Source: Candidatus Eiseniibacteriota bacterium
Lineage (GTDB): Bacteria > Eisenbacteria > RBG-16-71-46
Assembly (NCBI GenBank): GCA_963717935.1
Contig: CAVQXP010000002.1
Location: 224,001 to 288,000, forward strand
Length of the DNA stretch: 64,000 nucleotides
Direction of reading: 5' to 3'
How positions within the stretch are numbered: position 1 is the first letter of the stretch; each line of letters opens with the position of its first letter. The notes below the pieces were generated by a model. The model saw nothing but the letters and a program-made list of their open reading frames with translations. It was not told the DNA's origin and did no database searches. Made by a program: the position numbers and the translations under genes. Shown here one piece after another: positions 20,563 to 30,144 of the stretch.

Positions 20563-20648
20563 CCGCAGCCTGGTGCAGACGAAGTAGCAGGTCGGTTTTG
20601 AACGAGAGACGCGCGGAAGGCGGGCCGCGGGGATCCCGGGGTCCGCCG
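20563..20648 (+). repeat. 86-bp direct repeat of the 3' end and hairpin of gene 20968-23865 (other copy 23841-23926)
   Basis: About 7 mismatches in 86 nt by manual alignment; includes the stop codon context ACGAAGTAG. Confidence 0.85.
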
Positions 20649-20967
20649 GAGAAGGAACCCGGTCCGGCTCTGCATGCGCAGCAGGCAGAGCCGCGACCCG
20701 CACGACCACGGCCGTCTGAGGAGGGCTTGCCCATCGAAAACGCCAGCCATGCTGATGCAGGACCGAGGTCACCGCTGAAGGAGTGCGGATCCTGCGGTCC
20801 CTGTCGCTCCGCGATCGTCCCGCAGGTCCGGCCCTGCCTGTCGACCCCCGATCGCAGATGTACCGGCAACTCCCGATGCCGCGGAGCGTCGTTCCACCCC
20901 TCCAACGCGAGGCCGCCCGCCCAGGGCCGCATGCCCTGCGGCACGACCGCGTGAAAGGACACGTTCC

Positions 20968-23865
20968 ATGTCTCGTATCGGTGTGTTCCTGATCCTCTGC
21001 GTATTCCTCACCTGCGCGTTCGGCGTGGTCGCCCAGGCCGCCGCCCCGCGCGCCGTGCCCTACCCGGGCATCCCGGTTGCCCCAAGCGTCACCGCGAATG
21101 CGCTGCTGAAGATGGCGCCGCAGGATGTGGTGAGCACGACCGGTGTCTTCATCGACCCGGTCGCGGCAGCACTGGCGATCGGCAATCGTCTGGTGGATCT
21201 GCAGTCCGACGTGACCGAGGACAACGCCGGCAATGGCGATCCCGACGTCCCGCTCGACGGGAACGACGGCGGCTGGGGCTGGAACGTCACCGGCCTGGCC
21301 CACCACAGCAGCATTGCCTCCTCCAAGAACCTCTACGGTCCCATCACCCGCGGTCTGGCCGAGGCGGCCATCTTCACGGGCGCCGCGCGGCTCGGCGTCG
21401 GGGTCGGGGATGTCTTCCCCGGGATCTCCCAGCTGGGGTACACGGGGATCTACGACGCCGACATCGTGTTCGGCCTCCTCCGCTGGGGCGCGTACACGGG
21501 GAATGCGGCGCTGCGGGACTCCGTGAAGAACCGGCACGACGTCACCATGGCGGACTTCGTCACGGCGAACCCGGGCATGAACGGCGCGGCGGTGCGGGCC
21601 CGCATCGTTCGCAACGGCCGCGCCAGTCAGGGGCTGGTGGGGATGTGGCCGTGGGACATCCACTTGCTCGCCAACGACTGTGACGCTCTGGCGGCGGGGT
21701 ATCCCGGCAGCGCGGCGGTCTACGGGACGGAGATGGACTCCATCTCCCAGGTCATCATGGACGACATGGGCGGGCTGCTCGGCACGCCGTACTTCGATCC
21801 CACGGACTTCGGCCAGCGCTACCACCAACTCGGCATCGCCGGAGCGCTGCGGGTCTTCGATGCCTCGCAGCGCACGGACGACAACACGCTGGCCGTGGCG
21901 ATGAAGGACTCGTTGCTGGGCGGCCAGCAGCCGGACGGCTCGTGGGGCGTCTCCTACGACGGCGTCTTCTACCCGCAGGACTACCAGTCCACGGCCTACG
22001 CCGTGCTCGCGCTCAACGAGTATGCGGAGCGGCACGGTGACGCGACCGCGCAGCTGGCGGCGTGGAAGGGGCAGCAGTACCTGCTCGCACTCGTCCCCAC
22101 GACGGGCGTGCTGGACGACGGCTACGGTGAGTACGCCGAGCTCGACGCGGAGATCCTGCAGGCCCTGCTGACCGGCGACGACGTCACGCCCGTGGCGCCC
22201 GCGACCTGCATCACGCCGACGTACGCCTGCGTGCAGGTTCCGGTGAACTTCAACCGCACCGACGCCACTCCGGTGCGCGGCTACAGCGTGACCCTGACGC
22301 TGTCGGCGAACCTGGCACTGTGCGGCGCTGGCATCGTGGAGGGCGGCTACCTGAGCAGCGTCGGCGGGACCACCTATCAGGTGCTCAACCCGAGTCCCGG
22401 GGTCTACACGGTGGACTGCGCCATTCTGGGCGTGAGCACCGGGGCGACCGGTTCGGGGACGCTGTTCACGCTCAACCTCGCCGGCGCAGTGACCGGCACG
22501 GGCACGGTGACCGTGAACTCGGTGATCGTGCGCGACCTGCTCAACGCGCCGGTTTCGGCCATCCCCGGTCCGCCGGCGTCGATCACCATCGACAACACGG
22601 CGCCGGTGGCGATTGCCGCGCTGGGGGCGTCGCAGGTGAGGACGGGCAACGACACCGACGGCACGACCAAGGTCACGGTGTCGTGGCCGGCGGTGGAGAG
22701 CGGGGCCACGGTGCACGTCTACCGGGCGGGCTTCGGCAGCTATCCCGAGTACGACGACGCGGGCGGTGCCGTGCCATCGTACCCGGCGGTCGGCAGCTGG
22801 GTGCTGGCCGGGAACGTGACCAGCGGGACCACGCTGGTGGACGAGCCAGCGGCGCGGGACTTCTGGTACTACGTGGCGCTGGTGGAAGACGCCTGCGGGA
22901 ACGTGGGACCGGTTTCGAACCAGACCGGCGGGACGCTGAACTACCACCTCGGTGACGTGGCCGACGGCGTGACGGACTGTGCCGGGAACAACGCGGTGTG
23001 GACCGAGGACATCAGCCTCCTGGGTGGCAACTACGGCGTGACGCTGGGGTACCCGGATGCGCTGGCCTGCCTGGACGTGGGGCCGACGACCAACTACTCG
23101 GTGAACGCGCGGCCGTTGACGGACAACAAGGTCAACTTCGAAGACCTGATGATGTTCGCGATCAACTACAACCTGGTGTCGGGACCGCAGGACGCGCCGC
23201 TGCCGGTGGCGGTGGCGACGTCGAACCGGCTGTGGCTGGAGGGCCCGGCGGAGGTGAGCGCGGGCGCGACGTTCACGGTGCAGGTGCAGGCGGCGTGCGC
23301 GGGGGATCTGCAGGGTCTGTCGCTGCAGCTGGCGTGGAACCACGCGGTGGCCGAGCCGGTTTCGGTGGAGGCCGGCGGGCTGGCGACGCTGCAGAACGGG
23401 GTGGTGTTCAGCAGCGGTGCGGGGAACGTGGACGCGGCCCTGCTGGGCGCGAACCGCGGGCTGGCGGGCGAAGGGGTGCTGGCGACGGTGACGTTCCGGG
23501 CGCTGGCGAGTGGCGCGCCGAACGTGACGCTGGCGAAGGTGGACGCGCGGGACGCGACGAACCAGCCGGTCGAACTGGCGGGGGTGAAGCCGGCGGGCCC
23601 GGTGACGACCTCGTTCGCGCGGCCGATGCCGAACCCGTTCCATGGGACGACGGTGCTGAGCTATGCGCTGGCGAAGGGCGGGGCGGTGGAGCTGGCGGTG
23701 TACGGGGTGGACGGGCGGAAGGTGGCGGTGCTGGCGAGCGGGGTGCAGGAGGCCGGGAGCTACCGGCTGACCTGGGACGGCGCGGGAGCGCGGCCCGGGC
23801 TGTACTACGCGCGTCTGACCACGCCGGAAGGCAGGTTCACCCGCAGCCTGGTGCTGACGAAGTAG
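20968..23865 (+). CDS. Secreted modular protein: alpha-helical (prenyltransferase-repeat-like) N-domain, shared cohesin/dockerin-like cassette, FlgD-Ig tail
   Basis: Signal peptide; LVDLQ...DGGWGW and QQPDGSW...STAYAVLAL motifs; C-terminal part shared with 15249-17432. Confidence 0.75.
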   Translation: MSRIGVFLILCVFLTCAFGVVAQAAAPRAVPYPGIPVAPSVTANALLKMAPQDVVSTTGVFIDPVAAALAIGNRLVDLQSDVTEDNAGNGDPDVPLDGNDGGWGWNVTGLAHHSSIASSKNLYGPITRGLAEAAIFTGAARLGVGVGDVFPGISQLGYTGIYDADIVFGLLRWGAYTGNAALRDSVKNRHDVTMADFVTANPGMNGAAVRARIVRNGRASQGLVGMWPWDIHLLANDCDALAAGYPGSAAVYGTEMDSISQVIMDDMGGLLGTPYFDPTDFGQRYHQLGIAGALRVFDASQRTDDNTLAVAMKDSLLGGQQPDGSWGVSYDGVFYPQDYQSTAYAVLALNEYAERHGDATAQLAAWKGQQYLLALVPTTGVLDDGYGEYAELDAEILQALLTGDDVTPVAPATCITPTYACVQVPVNFNRTDATPVRGYSVTLTLSANLALCGAGIVEGGYLSSVGGTTYQVLNPSPGVYTVDCAILGVSTGATGSGTLFTLNLAGAVTGTGTVTVNSVIVRDLLNAPVSAIPGPPASITIDNTAPVAIAALGASQVRTGNDTDGTTKVTVSWPAVESGATVHVYRAGFGSYPEYDDAGGAVPSYPAVGSWVLAGNVTSGTTLVDEPAARDFWYYVALVEDACGNVGPVSNQTGGTLNYHLGDVADGVTDCAGNNAVWTEDISLLGGNYGVTLGYPDALACLDVGPTTNYSVNARPLTDNKVNFEDLMMFAINYNLVSGPQDAPLPVAVATSNRLWLEGPAEVSAGATFTVQVQAACAGDLQGLSLQLAWNHAVAEPVSVEAGGLATLQNGVVFSSGAGNVDAALLGANRGLAGEGVLATVTFRALASGAPNVTLAKVDARDATNQPVELAGVKPAGPVTTSFARPMPNPFHGTTVLSYALAKGGAVELAVYGVDGRKVAVLASGVQEAGSYRLTWDGAGARPGLYYARLTTPEGRFTRSLVLTK
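22618..23609 (+). repeat. About 992-bp near-identical direct repeat, copy 2
   Basis: Matches 16164-17155. Confidence 0.92.
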
Positions 23866-24039
23866 CAGGTCGGTTTCGAACGAGAGACGCGCGGCGGGCG
23901 GGCCCCGGGAATCCCGGGGCCCGCCGCCGCTGACGTCTCCGCCGCCGGCAACGCGGGGCGGCCCCGCAGGCGCATCAGCCCCGCGCCGGCGTGCAGCATC
24001 CGCACTTCCTGCCCGGGAATCGGGGTCCGCCCCGTGGAC

Positions 24040-24068
24040 TTGTCATCCCCCGTCGTACTCAGTAAATT
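24040..24068 (+). promoter_or_regulatory. Sigma70-type promoter for serA-like/serC
   Basis: TTGTCA-17 bp-TAAATT. Confidence 0.55.
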
Positions 24069-24115
24069 GAGCCCGGTCAAACGTGGGGAAGATGCCGCCC
24101 AGGGAGGAGAGAACC

Positions 24116-24988
24116 ATGAAGATCCTGATCGCTGACGCCTTCGACAAGGGCCTGCCCAAGCGCCTCGAGAAGTTCGGCGAGGTGTTCGACGACGCCGGAC
24201 GGGTCGCCGAAGCGGACGTGATCCTCGTCCGCTCCAAGACCAAGGCCGACCGCGCCTACATCGACCGGGCCACGAACGTGAAGCTCTTCATCCGCGGTGG
24301 CGTCGGCATGGACAACATCGACCAGCCCTACTGCAAGGAGAAGGGCATCCAGGCGATGAACACGCCCGCGGCCTCCTCGGTGGCGGTGGCCGAGCTGGCC
24401 ATGGCGCTGATGATCGCCATCCCGAGCCGCCTCATCGAGGGGCACAACGGCATCGTCGCCGGCAAGTTCCTCAAGAGCGAGCTCAAGCGCACGGAGCTCT
24501 ACCAGAAGACGCTCGGCCTGATCGGCGTCGGCCGCATCGGCACCGAGGTGGCGAAGCGCGCGCAGGCCTTCGGCATGAAGGTCGTGGCCTGCGACAAGGT
24601 CATCGACCGGCACCCGATCGCGGAGCTCAAGTCCCTCGACGCCGTGCTCGCCGAGTCCGACTACGTCTCGCTGCACACGCCGCTCACCGACGAGACGAAG
24701 GGCATGATCAACAAGCAGACGATCGCGAAGATGAAGAAGGGCGCGATCCTGATCAACACCGGCCGCGGCAAGTGCGTCGTCGAGGAGGACATCGTCGAGG
24801 CCCTGAAGTCGGGCCAGCTCGGTGGCTACGGCACGGACGTCTGGTACAAGGACGAGATCTACGGCAGCCCGATCGTGGGCGCCCCGAACACGGTGGTGAT
24901 GCCGCACCTCGGCGCCTCGAGCAAGGAGAACCTCCTGCGCATCGGCGACATCGTGGTGGACATCCTGGAGAAGTGGGCGAGCAAGTGA
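24116..24988 (+). CDS. serA: D-3-phosphoglycerate dehydrogenase-like protein (short form, no ACT domain)
   Basis: Motifs RGGVGMDNID, VAE, GVGRIG, LHTPLTDET, INTGRG and PHLGAS; adjacent to serC. Confidence 0.8.
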   Translation: MKILIADAFDKGLPKRLEKFGEVFDDAGRVAEADVILVRSKTKADRAYIDRATNVKLFIRGGVGMDNIDQPYCKEKGIQAMNTPAASSVAVAELAMALMIAIPSRLIEGHNGIVAGKFLKSELKRTELYQKTLGLIGVGRIGTEVAKRAQAFGMKVVACDKVIDRHPIAELKSLDAVLAESDYVSLHTPLTDETKGMINKQTIAKMKKGAILINTGRGKCVVEEDIVEALKSGQLGGYGTDVWYKDEIYGSPIVGAPNTVVMPHLGASSKENLLRIGDIVVDILEKWASK

Positions 24989-24998
24989 GGAGAGGACG

Positions 24999-26087
24999 AT
25001 GACGAAGAGGATCTACAATTTCGCTGCCGGTCCCTGCACCCTGCCCCTCCCCGCACTGGAGAAGGCCGCCGCGGAGTTCGTCGAGTACGGTGGCTCCGGC
25101 ATGTCGCTCATCGAGATGAGCCATCGCGGCAAGCAGTACGACGCGGTGCACAACCAGGCGCTCGAGTCGCTGCGCGAGGTCTTCGGCGTGCCGCAGGACT
25201 TCGAGATCCTCTTCCTGCAGGGCGGCGCCACGCTGCAGTTCGGGATGGTGCCGATGAACCTGCGCGCCGAAGGCAGGACGTTCGAGTACGTCAACACCGG
25301 CGCCTGGGCCAAGAAGGCCATCTCGGACGCGAAGAAGGTCGGCCCGACGCGGGTGGTCTGGACCGACGAGGCGAACAAGTTCACGCGCATGCCGAAGGCG
25401 GCCGAGCTCAAGGCCGGCGCGGACGCCGCCTATCTGCACGTCACCAGCAACGAGACCATCGGCGGCATCGAGTTCAGCGAGTTCCCGGACAGCGGGAGCG
25501 TGCCGCTGGTCGCCGACATGAGCTCGGACATCCTGTCGCGGCCGGTCCCCTTCGCGCGCTTCGCCCTGATCTACGCCGGGGCGCAGAAGAACCTCGGGCC
25601 CGCGGGCAACACGATCGTCATCGTCCGCAAGGACGTGCTCGAGAAGTGCCGCGAGGACATGCCGGCCTACCTCGGCTACAAGAGCCACGTGCCCGACAAA
25701 TCGATGTACAACACGCCGGCCGTGTTCGCGATCTACATGATGAAGCTCAACCTGGACTGGGTGAAGTCCGTGGGCGGCCTGGCCGAGATGGACAAGCGCG
25801 CGGGCCAGCGCGCGGGCATCCTCTACACGGCCATCGACGGCTCCGGCGGCTGGTTCCGCTCCCCGGTGGACAAGGCATCCCGCTCGCGGATGAACGTCGT
25901 CTTCCGCCTGCCGACCGAGGAGCTCGAGGAGAAGTTCCTCGCCGAGGCGGGCAAGGCGGAGATGTCGGGCCTCAAGGGCCACCGCTCGGTCGGTGGCTGC
26001 CGCGCGTCGATGTACAACGCCATGCCGGTCGAGGGCGCCGAGCGCCTCGCCCAGTTCATGGCCGACTTCAAGAAGCGGAACGCGTAG
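24999..26087 (+). CDS. serC: Phosphoserine aminotransferase
   Basis: Motifs YNFAAGP, EMSHR, LQGGA, NETIGG, DMSS, YAGAQKNLGPAG and KGHRSVGG.RAS.YNA. Confidence 0.96.
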   Translation: MTKRIYNFAAGPCTLPLPALEKAAAEFVEYGGSGMSLIEMSHRGKQYDAVHNQALESLREVFGVPQDFEILFLQGGATLQFGMVPMNLRAEGRTFEYVNTGAWAKKAISDAKKVGPTRVVWTDEANKFTRMPKAAELKAGADAAYLHVTSNETIGGIEFSEFPDSGSVPLVADMSSDILSRPVPFARFALIYAGAQKNLGPAGNTIVIVRKDVLEKCREDMPAYLGYKSHVPDKSMYNTPAVFAIYMMKLNLDWVKSVGGLAEMDKRAGQRAGILYTAIDGSGGWFRSPVDKASRSRMNVVFRLPTEELEEKFLAEAGKAEMSGLKGHRSVGGCRASMYNAMPVEGAERLAQFMADFKKRNA

Positions 26088-26268
26088 CGAACGGGAAGGA
26101 ACGGTGCCGTGACCGGCGCAAGGACCCCGTCCCGCGGTACCGGGGCGGGGTCCGATGCTTGGGCCCGGCATCGCGGTGAGCACCGCGCCCCGGTCGTGGA
26201 GCGTGCAGGAACGGCTTCGGCCTGCCGATAACCAGGGGCACAGATCCCTCAGGGAGGAGATCCTCACC

Positions 26269-27453
26269 ATGGGCGGAGCCGAAGCAGCTTCGACGCCCGG
26301 TAGCGACTTCGCGCCGGCTGAACGGTGCGACCCGGACACGGTCTGGCAGCAGCGCCAGGCCTTCGTCGCCAATCCACTCGCGCTGGCCATGCTCGATTCC
26401 ATGCTCGGGCCGGCCGTCGTCCTCAACGCCCGTCGTCAGATCGTCGTCGCAAACCGGCAGTTCCTCGACGTGATCGGAGCGGGCGACGTGGGCGCTGTCC
26501 TGGCGCAGCGTCCGGGTGAGGTGCTGGGCTGCGTCCACGCGGCCGAGCGGCCGGGTGGCTGCGGCACGAGCGAGCACTGCGCCACGTGCGGCGTGGTCGG
26601 TGCCGTTCTTTCCGCCTGGAAGACGCACGCCGAGGCCACGGCCGAATGCCGGGTCCGCACCCACGCCAGTGCCGGCGGGGGCGCGCTCGATTTCCGCGCC
26701 AGGGCGTCCTTCCTCTCGGTGGACGGTGCGGACTTCGTGGTCCTCGCCCTGCAGGACATCAGCTCCGAGAAGCGCCGCCACGTCCTGGAGCGGGTCTTCT
26801 TCCACGACGTGCTCAACGTCTGCGGTGGGGTGCACGGCCTCGCGGAACTGCTGCTGACGGATGGGCTCGACGCGGAGATGGAGCAGAGGTTCAAGCATGA
26901 CGTCTACCGGCTGTCGAGCGCCGTGATCGACGAGATCACGGGGCACCGGCAGATGCTGGCCGCCGAGCGGGGCGAATTGAACGTGGACCTCGACGATGTG
27001 TCGATCCGGGACGTCCTCGACGAGGTCATCGCGATCTACCGGCACCACCACGTGGCCGAGGGGCGCGGGCTGGAGTGCGGCTCGTGCGATCCGCTGCGGC
27101 TGCGCACCGACGCGACGCTCCTGCGCCGCGTGCTCGGAAACCTGGTCAAGAATGCCCTGGAGGCCACCCCGCCGGGCGGGACCGTGCTCGTCTCGGCCAC
27201 CGGGGAACCGGAGAGGGTCCGCATCTCCGTGCAGAATCCCGGCGTCATGCCGGAGCGCACCCGGCTGCAGATGTTCCAGCGCTCCTTCAGCACCAAGGGC
27301 GGTGAGGGACGCGGCATCGGCACGTACAGCGTCAAGCTGTTCGGCGAGCGCTACCTCGGAGGCCGCGTGGCCTTCACGAGCGACGGGGACGCCGGCACCT
27401 GCTTCACCATCACCCTGCCGCTCGCCGGTCCACCACAGGTCCTGGCCGCCTGA
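26269..27453 (+). CDS. Cytoplasmic sensor histidine kinase with a Cys-rich PAS-like input domain
   Basis: H box FFHDVLN, N box NLVKNALEA, FSTKG..GRGIG; input GEVLGCVHA...GCGTSEHCATC. Confidence 0.88.
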   Translation: MGGAEAASTPGSDFAPAERCDPDTVWQQRQAFVANPLALAMLDSMLGPAVVLNARRQIVVANRQFLDVIGAGDVGAVLAQRPGEVLGCVHAAERPGGCGTSEHCATCGVVGAVLSAWKTHAEATAECRVRTHASAGGGALDFRARASFLSVDGADFVVLALQDISSEKRRHVLERVFFHDVLNVCGGVHGLAELLLTDGLDAEMEQRFKHDVYRLSSAVIDEITGHRQMLAAERGELNVDLDDVSIRDVLDEVIAIYRHHHVAEGRGLECGSCDPLRLRTDATLLRRVLGNLVKNALEATPPGGTVLVSATGEPERVRISVQNPGVMPERTRLQMFQRSFSTKGGEGRGIGTYSVKLFGERYLGGRVAFTSDGDAGTCFTITLPLAGPPQVLAA

Positions 27454-27509
27454 GCGCGCCGCACCACGCGTGAGGGGTGGTTGTCACGCCCCGGTCTTCG
27501 CGTCGCGGG

Positions 27510-28262
27510 TCAGTGTCCCACGCTACGGCCGGTCAGGACCATCCGGGCGGTGCCGAACAGCAACCGGAAGTCCAGGGCCAGCGAGCGCTCGCGGAGGTAG
27601 CGCCGGTCGAGCGCGAGCGTCTCCTCGAAGGTGAGGTCGTCCCGTCCGACCAGCTTGGCGAGCGAGGTGATGCCGGGCCGCACGCTGAGGATCTCCGCCG
27701 CCGCGTCCCCGTAGTAGGGCAGCAGCTCGGGGATCTCCGGCCGCGGGCCCACCAGGCTCATGTCGCCGAGCACCACGTTGATCAGGTTGGGCAGCTCGTC
27801 CAGGCTCGTGCGCCGCACGAACCGCCCGACCCGGGTGACGCGCGGGTCCTGGTCCGGGTGGAAGCGCAGCTCCTGGATCTCCGTCTGCGAGTACGAGTAG
27901 TCGTAGAGCTCCGGGAAGCGTGCGCGGGCGTCCACGTACATGCCGCGGAACTTCCAGAAGGTGAACCGCCGGCCGCCGCGGCCGACCCGGGGCTGGCGGA
28001 ACAGGGCGGGCCCCGGCGAGTCGAGCCGGACCGCCAGGGCGAGCAGGGCGAGCAGCGGACTGATGAGGACCAGCCCGAGCGCCGCCAGCACGCGATCGCT
28101 CACGGCCTTCACGAGCTCGCCGAGCGGCGTGTAGCGGCCCACGGTCGCGCGTCCGGGCGCCAGCGCCGGCGCCCGCGGAAGCGGGGCGACGTCCACGCCC
28201 GCGACGCGGCCGAGGGCGTCCTCGGCCACGGCCTCGCACGCGCCGGCCCGGTCCGGACTCAT
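27510..28262 (-). CDS. Bacterial sugar transferase (initiating phosphoglycosyl transferase)
   Basis: Motifs [23 protein letters not shown] and [15 protein letters not shown]-coupled to the upstream aminotransferase. Confidence 0.92.
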   Translation of the reverse strand: MSPDRAGACEAVAEDALGRVAGVDVAPLPRAPALAPGRATVGRYTPLGELVKAVSDRVLAALGLVLISPLLALLALAVRLDSPGPALFRQPRVGRGGRRFTFWKFRGMYVDARARFPELYDYSYSQTEIQELRFHPDQDPRVTRVGRFVRRTSLDELPNLINVVLGDMSLVGPRPEIPELLPYYGDAAAEILSVRPGITSLAKLVGRDDLTFEETLALDRRYLRERSLALDFRLLFGTARMVLTGRSVGH

Positions 28263-29512
28263 GCGGCCTCGCGCAGCTCCTCGGCTGCCTCCCAGGTGAC
28301 CGCGTGCACGGCCGGGCGGACGTAGTGGCGCGCCACCTTGGTGACCGCGGCGATCACGTCCCGCGCGTCGTCCTCGCTCATCGCCGCCGAGAGCGGGAGC
28401 GAGAGCGTGGCGTCGCCGATGCGCTCGGCCTGGGGGTGGTCGCCGCGCCGGGTGCCGTAGGTGTCGCGGTAGTGCTGATGCAGGTGCACGGGCACGAAGT
28501 GGATGCCGCTGCCGATGTTCTCGGCGGACAGGGCGCTCATGAAGCGGCCCCGGTCGCACTCGAGGTTCGGCAGGTCGAGCTCGAGCGTGTAGAGATGCCG
28601 GGCGTGGCGGCTGCCCAGGGTCTCCAGCCGGGGACGGACCCGCACCCCGGGGACCTCGGCGAAGGCCTGGTCGTAGATCGCCCAGAGCCGCTCCCGGGCC
28701 GCCAGCGAGTGTTCGAGCCGCGCGAGCTGGTGCAGCCCGAGGGAGGCCTGCATGTCGGTCATGTTGTACTTGTAGCCGGGCTCGAGCGCCTGGTAGGGCA
28801 TGAACCCGCCCGGGGAATAGCGTTTCCACGCGTCCTTGTCGAGACCGTGGAGCCGGAGCGCGCGCAGCCGCTCGATGACGGTCGCGTCATCGGTGGTGAG
28901 CATCCCGCCCTCGCCGGTGGTGAGGTTCTTCGTGGCGTAGAAGCTGAAGGCCGTGAAACGGCTGATCGAGCCGACCTTGCTGCCGCGGTACCAGGTCTCC
29001 GCCGCGTGCGCGGCGTCCTCGATCACGGTCAGCCCGTGGCGCGCGGCGAGGGCGCCGAGCGCGTCCATCTCGCAGGGCCAGCCCGCCATGTGCACCGGCA
29101 TCAGGGCCCGGGTGCGGCGCGTGACCGCTCGTTCGACCAGGTCCGGAGCGAGGTTCTGGGTGTCGGGGTCGACGTCCACGAAGACCGGGATCGCGCCCAC
29201 GTGGGTGATGACGTTCGCCGTGGCGACGAACGTCAGCGGGGTCGTGATCACCTCGTCGCCGGGGCCGATGCCGGCCGCGAGCAGGGCGAGGTGCAGGGCC
29301 GCCGTGGCCGAGTTCACCGACACCGCGTAGTCCGCGTCCACGTAGCGCGCGAAGGCCTCCTCGAAACGCAGGCACTTGGGGCCGAACCCGATCCAGCCCG
29401 AGCGCAGCGTGTCCACCATCTCGGCGATCTCTTCCTCGCCGATCAATGGCCGGCCGAAGACGAGGTAGTCCGGGCGGACCGGCTGGCCTCCTTCACAGGC
29501 GAGACTTGACAT
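28259..29512 (-). CDS. DegT/DnrJ/EryC1/StrS sugar aminotransferase
   Basis: Motifs NSATAALH, GDEVIT, IEDAAHA, FSFYATKNLTTGEGG and GYKYNM.D. Confidence 0.93.
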   Translation of the reverse strand: MSSLACEGGQPVRPDYLVFGRPLIGEEEIAEMVDTLRSGWIGFGPKCLRFEEAFARYVDADYAVSVNSATAALHLALLAAGIGPGDEVITTPLTFVATANVITHVGAIPVFVDVDPDTQNLAPDLVERAVTRRTRALMPVHMAGWPCEMDALGALAARHGLTVIEDAAHAAETWYRGSKVGSISRFTAFSFYATKNLTTGEGGMLTTDDATVIERLRALRLHGLDKDAWKRYSPGGFMPYQALEPGYKYNMTDMQASLGLHQLARLEHSLAARERLWAIYDQAFAEVPGVRVRPRLETLGSRHARHLYTLELDLPNLECDRGRFMSALSAENIGSGIHFVPVHLHQHYRDTYGTRRGDHPQAERIGDATLSLPLSAAMSEDDARDVIAAVTKVARHYVRPAVHAVTWEAAEELREAA

Positions 29513-30144
29513 GACGACCTCCTTCCTTCGACGGACGGATCCTGGTTCCCGGCGCTCCGCTGCTGCGCGCGTCGACGCGAGCGGGGTCGGGCCGCCCCCG
29601 CGACTCCGGGAGCCGAATCACGAGCCGCAATCCAGGCCGCATCGCGGCAGGTATGCGGGCTGGCTGGACGTTCCGCTGTATCCCCGATGACTCGATCATT
29701 CCGTGCTTCATTCCTGGGGGTGAAGGTGGACGCTGGGGAGATGTCGAATCTTCGGACGGGCGGGCTGATCCGGTGTCCACCGGTGGGTCGGTGCTCAACC
29801 GTTCATTCGGCCCGGATGCGGGCAAACCGCATAAGTAGGCTTACGGGTTCTCGAAGGTGGCTGGCCGAACTTCAGGAGGCTCGACCGGGTGACACGGTCG
29901 AGCACGGTTGCCGCGTCCCATGAGGCACCGCGGACGAAATCGGTCGTGGGGCGGTGACTCCAGATGGCCGGACGGACCGAAGGGACAGCGCGGGTCACAC
30001 ACGGATGCTGCTCGAGCGCCGGGTGGCCGAGGTCGCTTGTGCGGTGGTCGAGCTCGCTCGCGAGGTGTGCGAATGATTTGCCTTGCGGCTGTCGGGGATG
30101 GTCGCATACGTTACAAAGGGCGATTTGCAGGACGGAGGCACTCC

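Noticed and set aside
16164..23609. Repeat pairs as template and variable regions of a diversity-generating retroelement
   Set aside because: No reverse transcriptase in the window, both copies are coding, and the differences are not adenine-specific.
29820..29870. GGGCAAACC resembling the start of a c-di-GMP-I riboswitch
   Set aside because: The GAAA-loop stem and the following GACGCAAAGC segment are missing.
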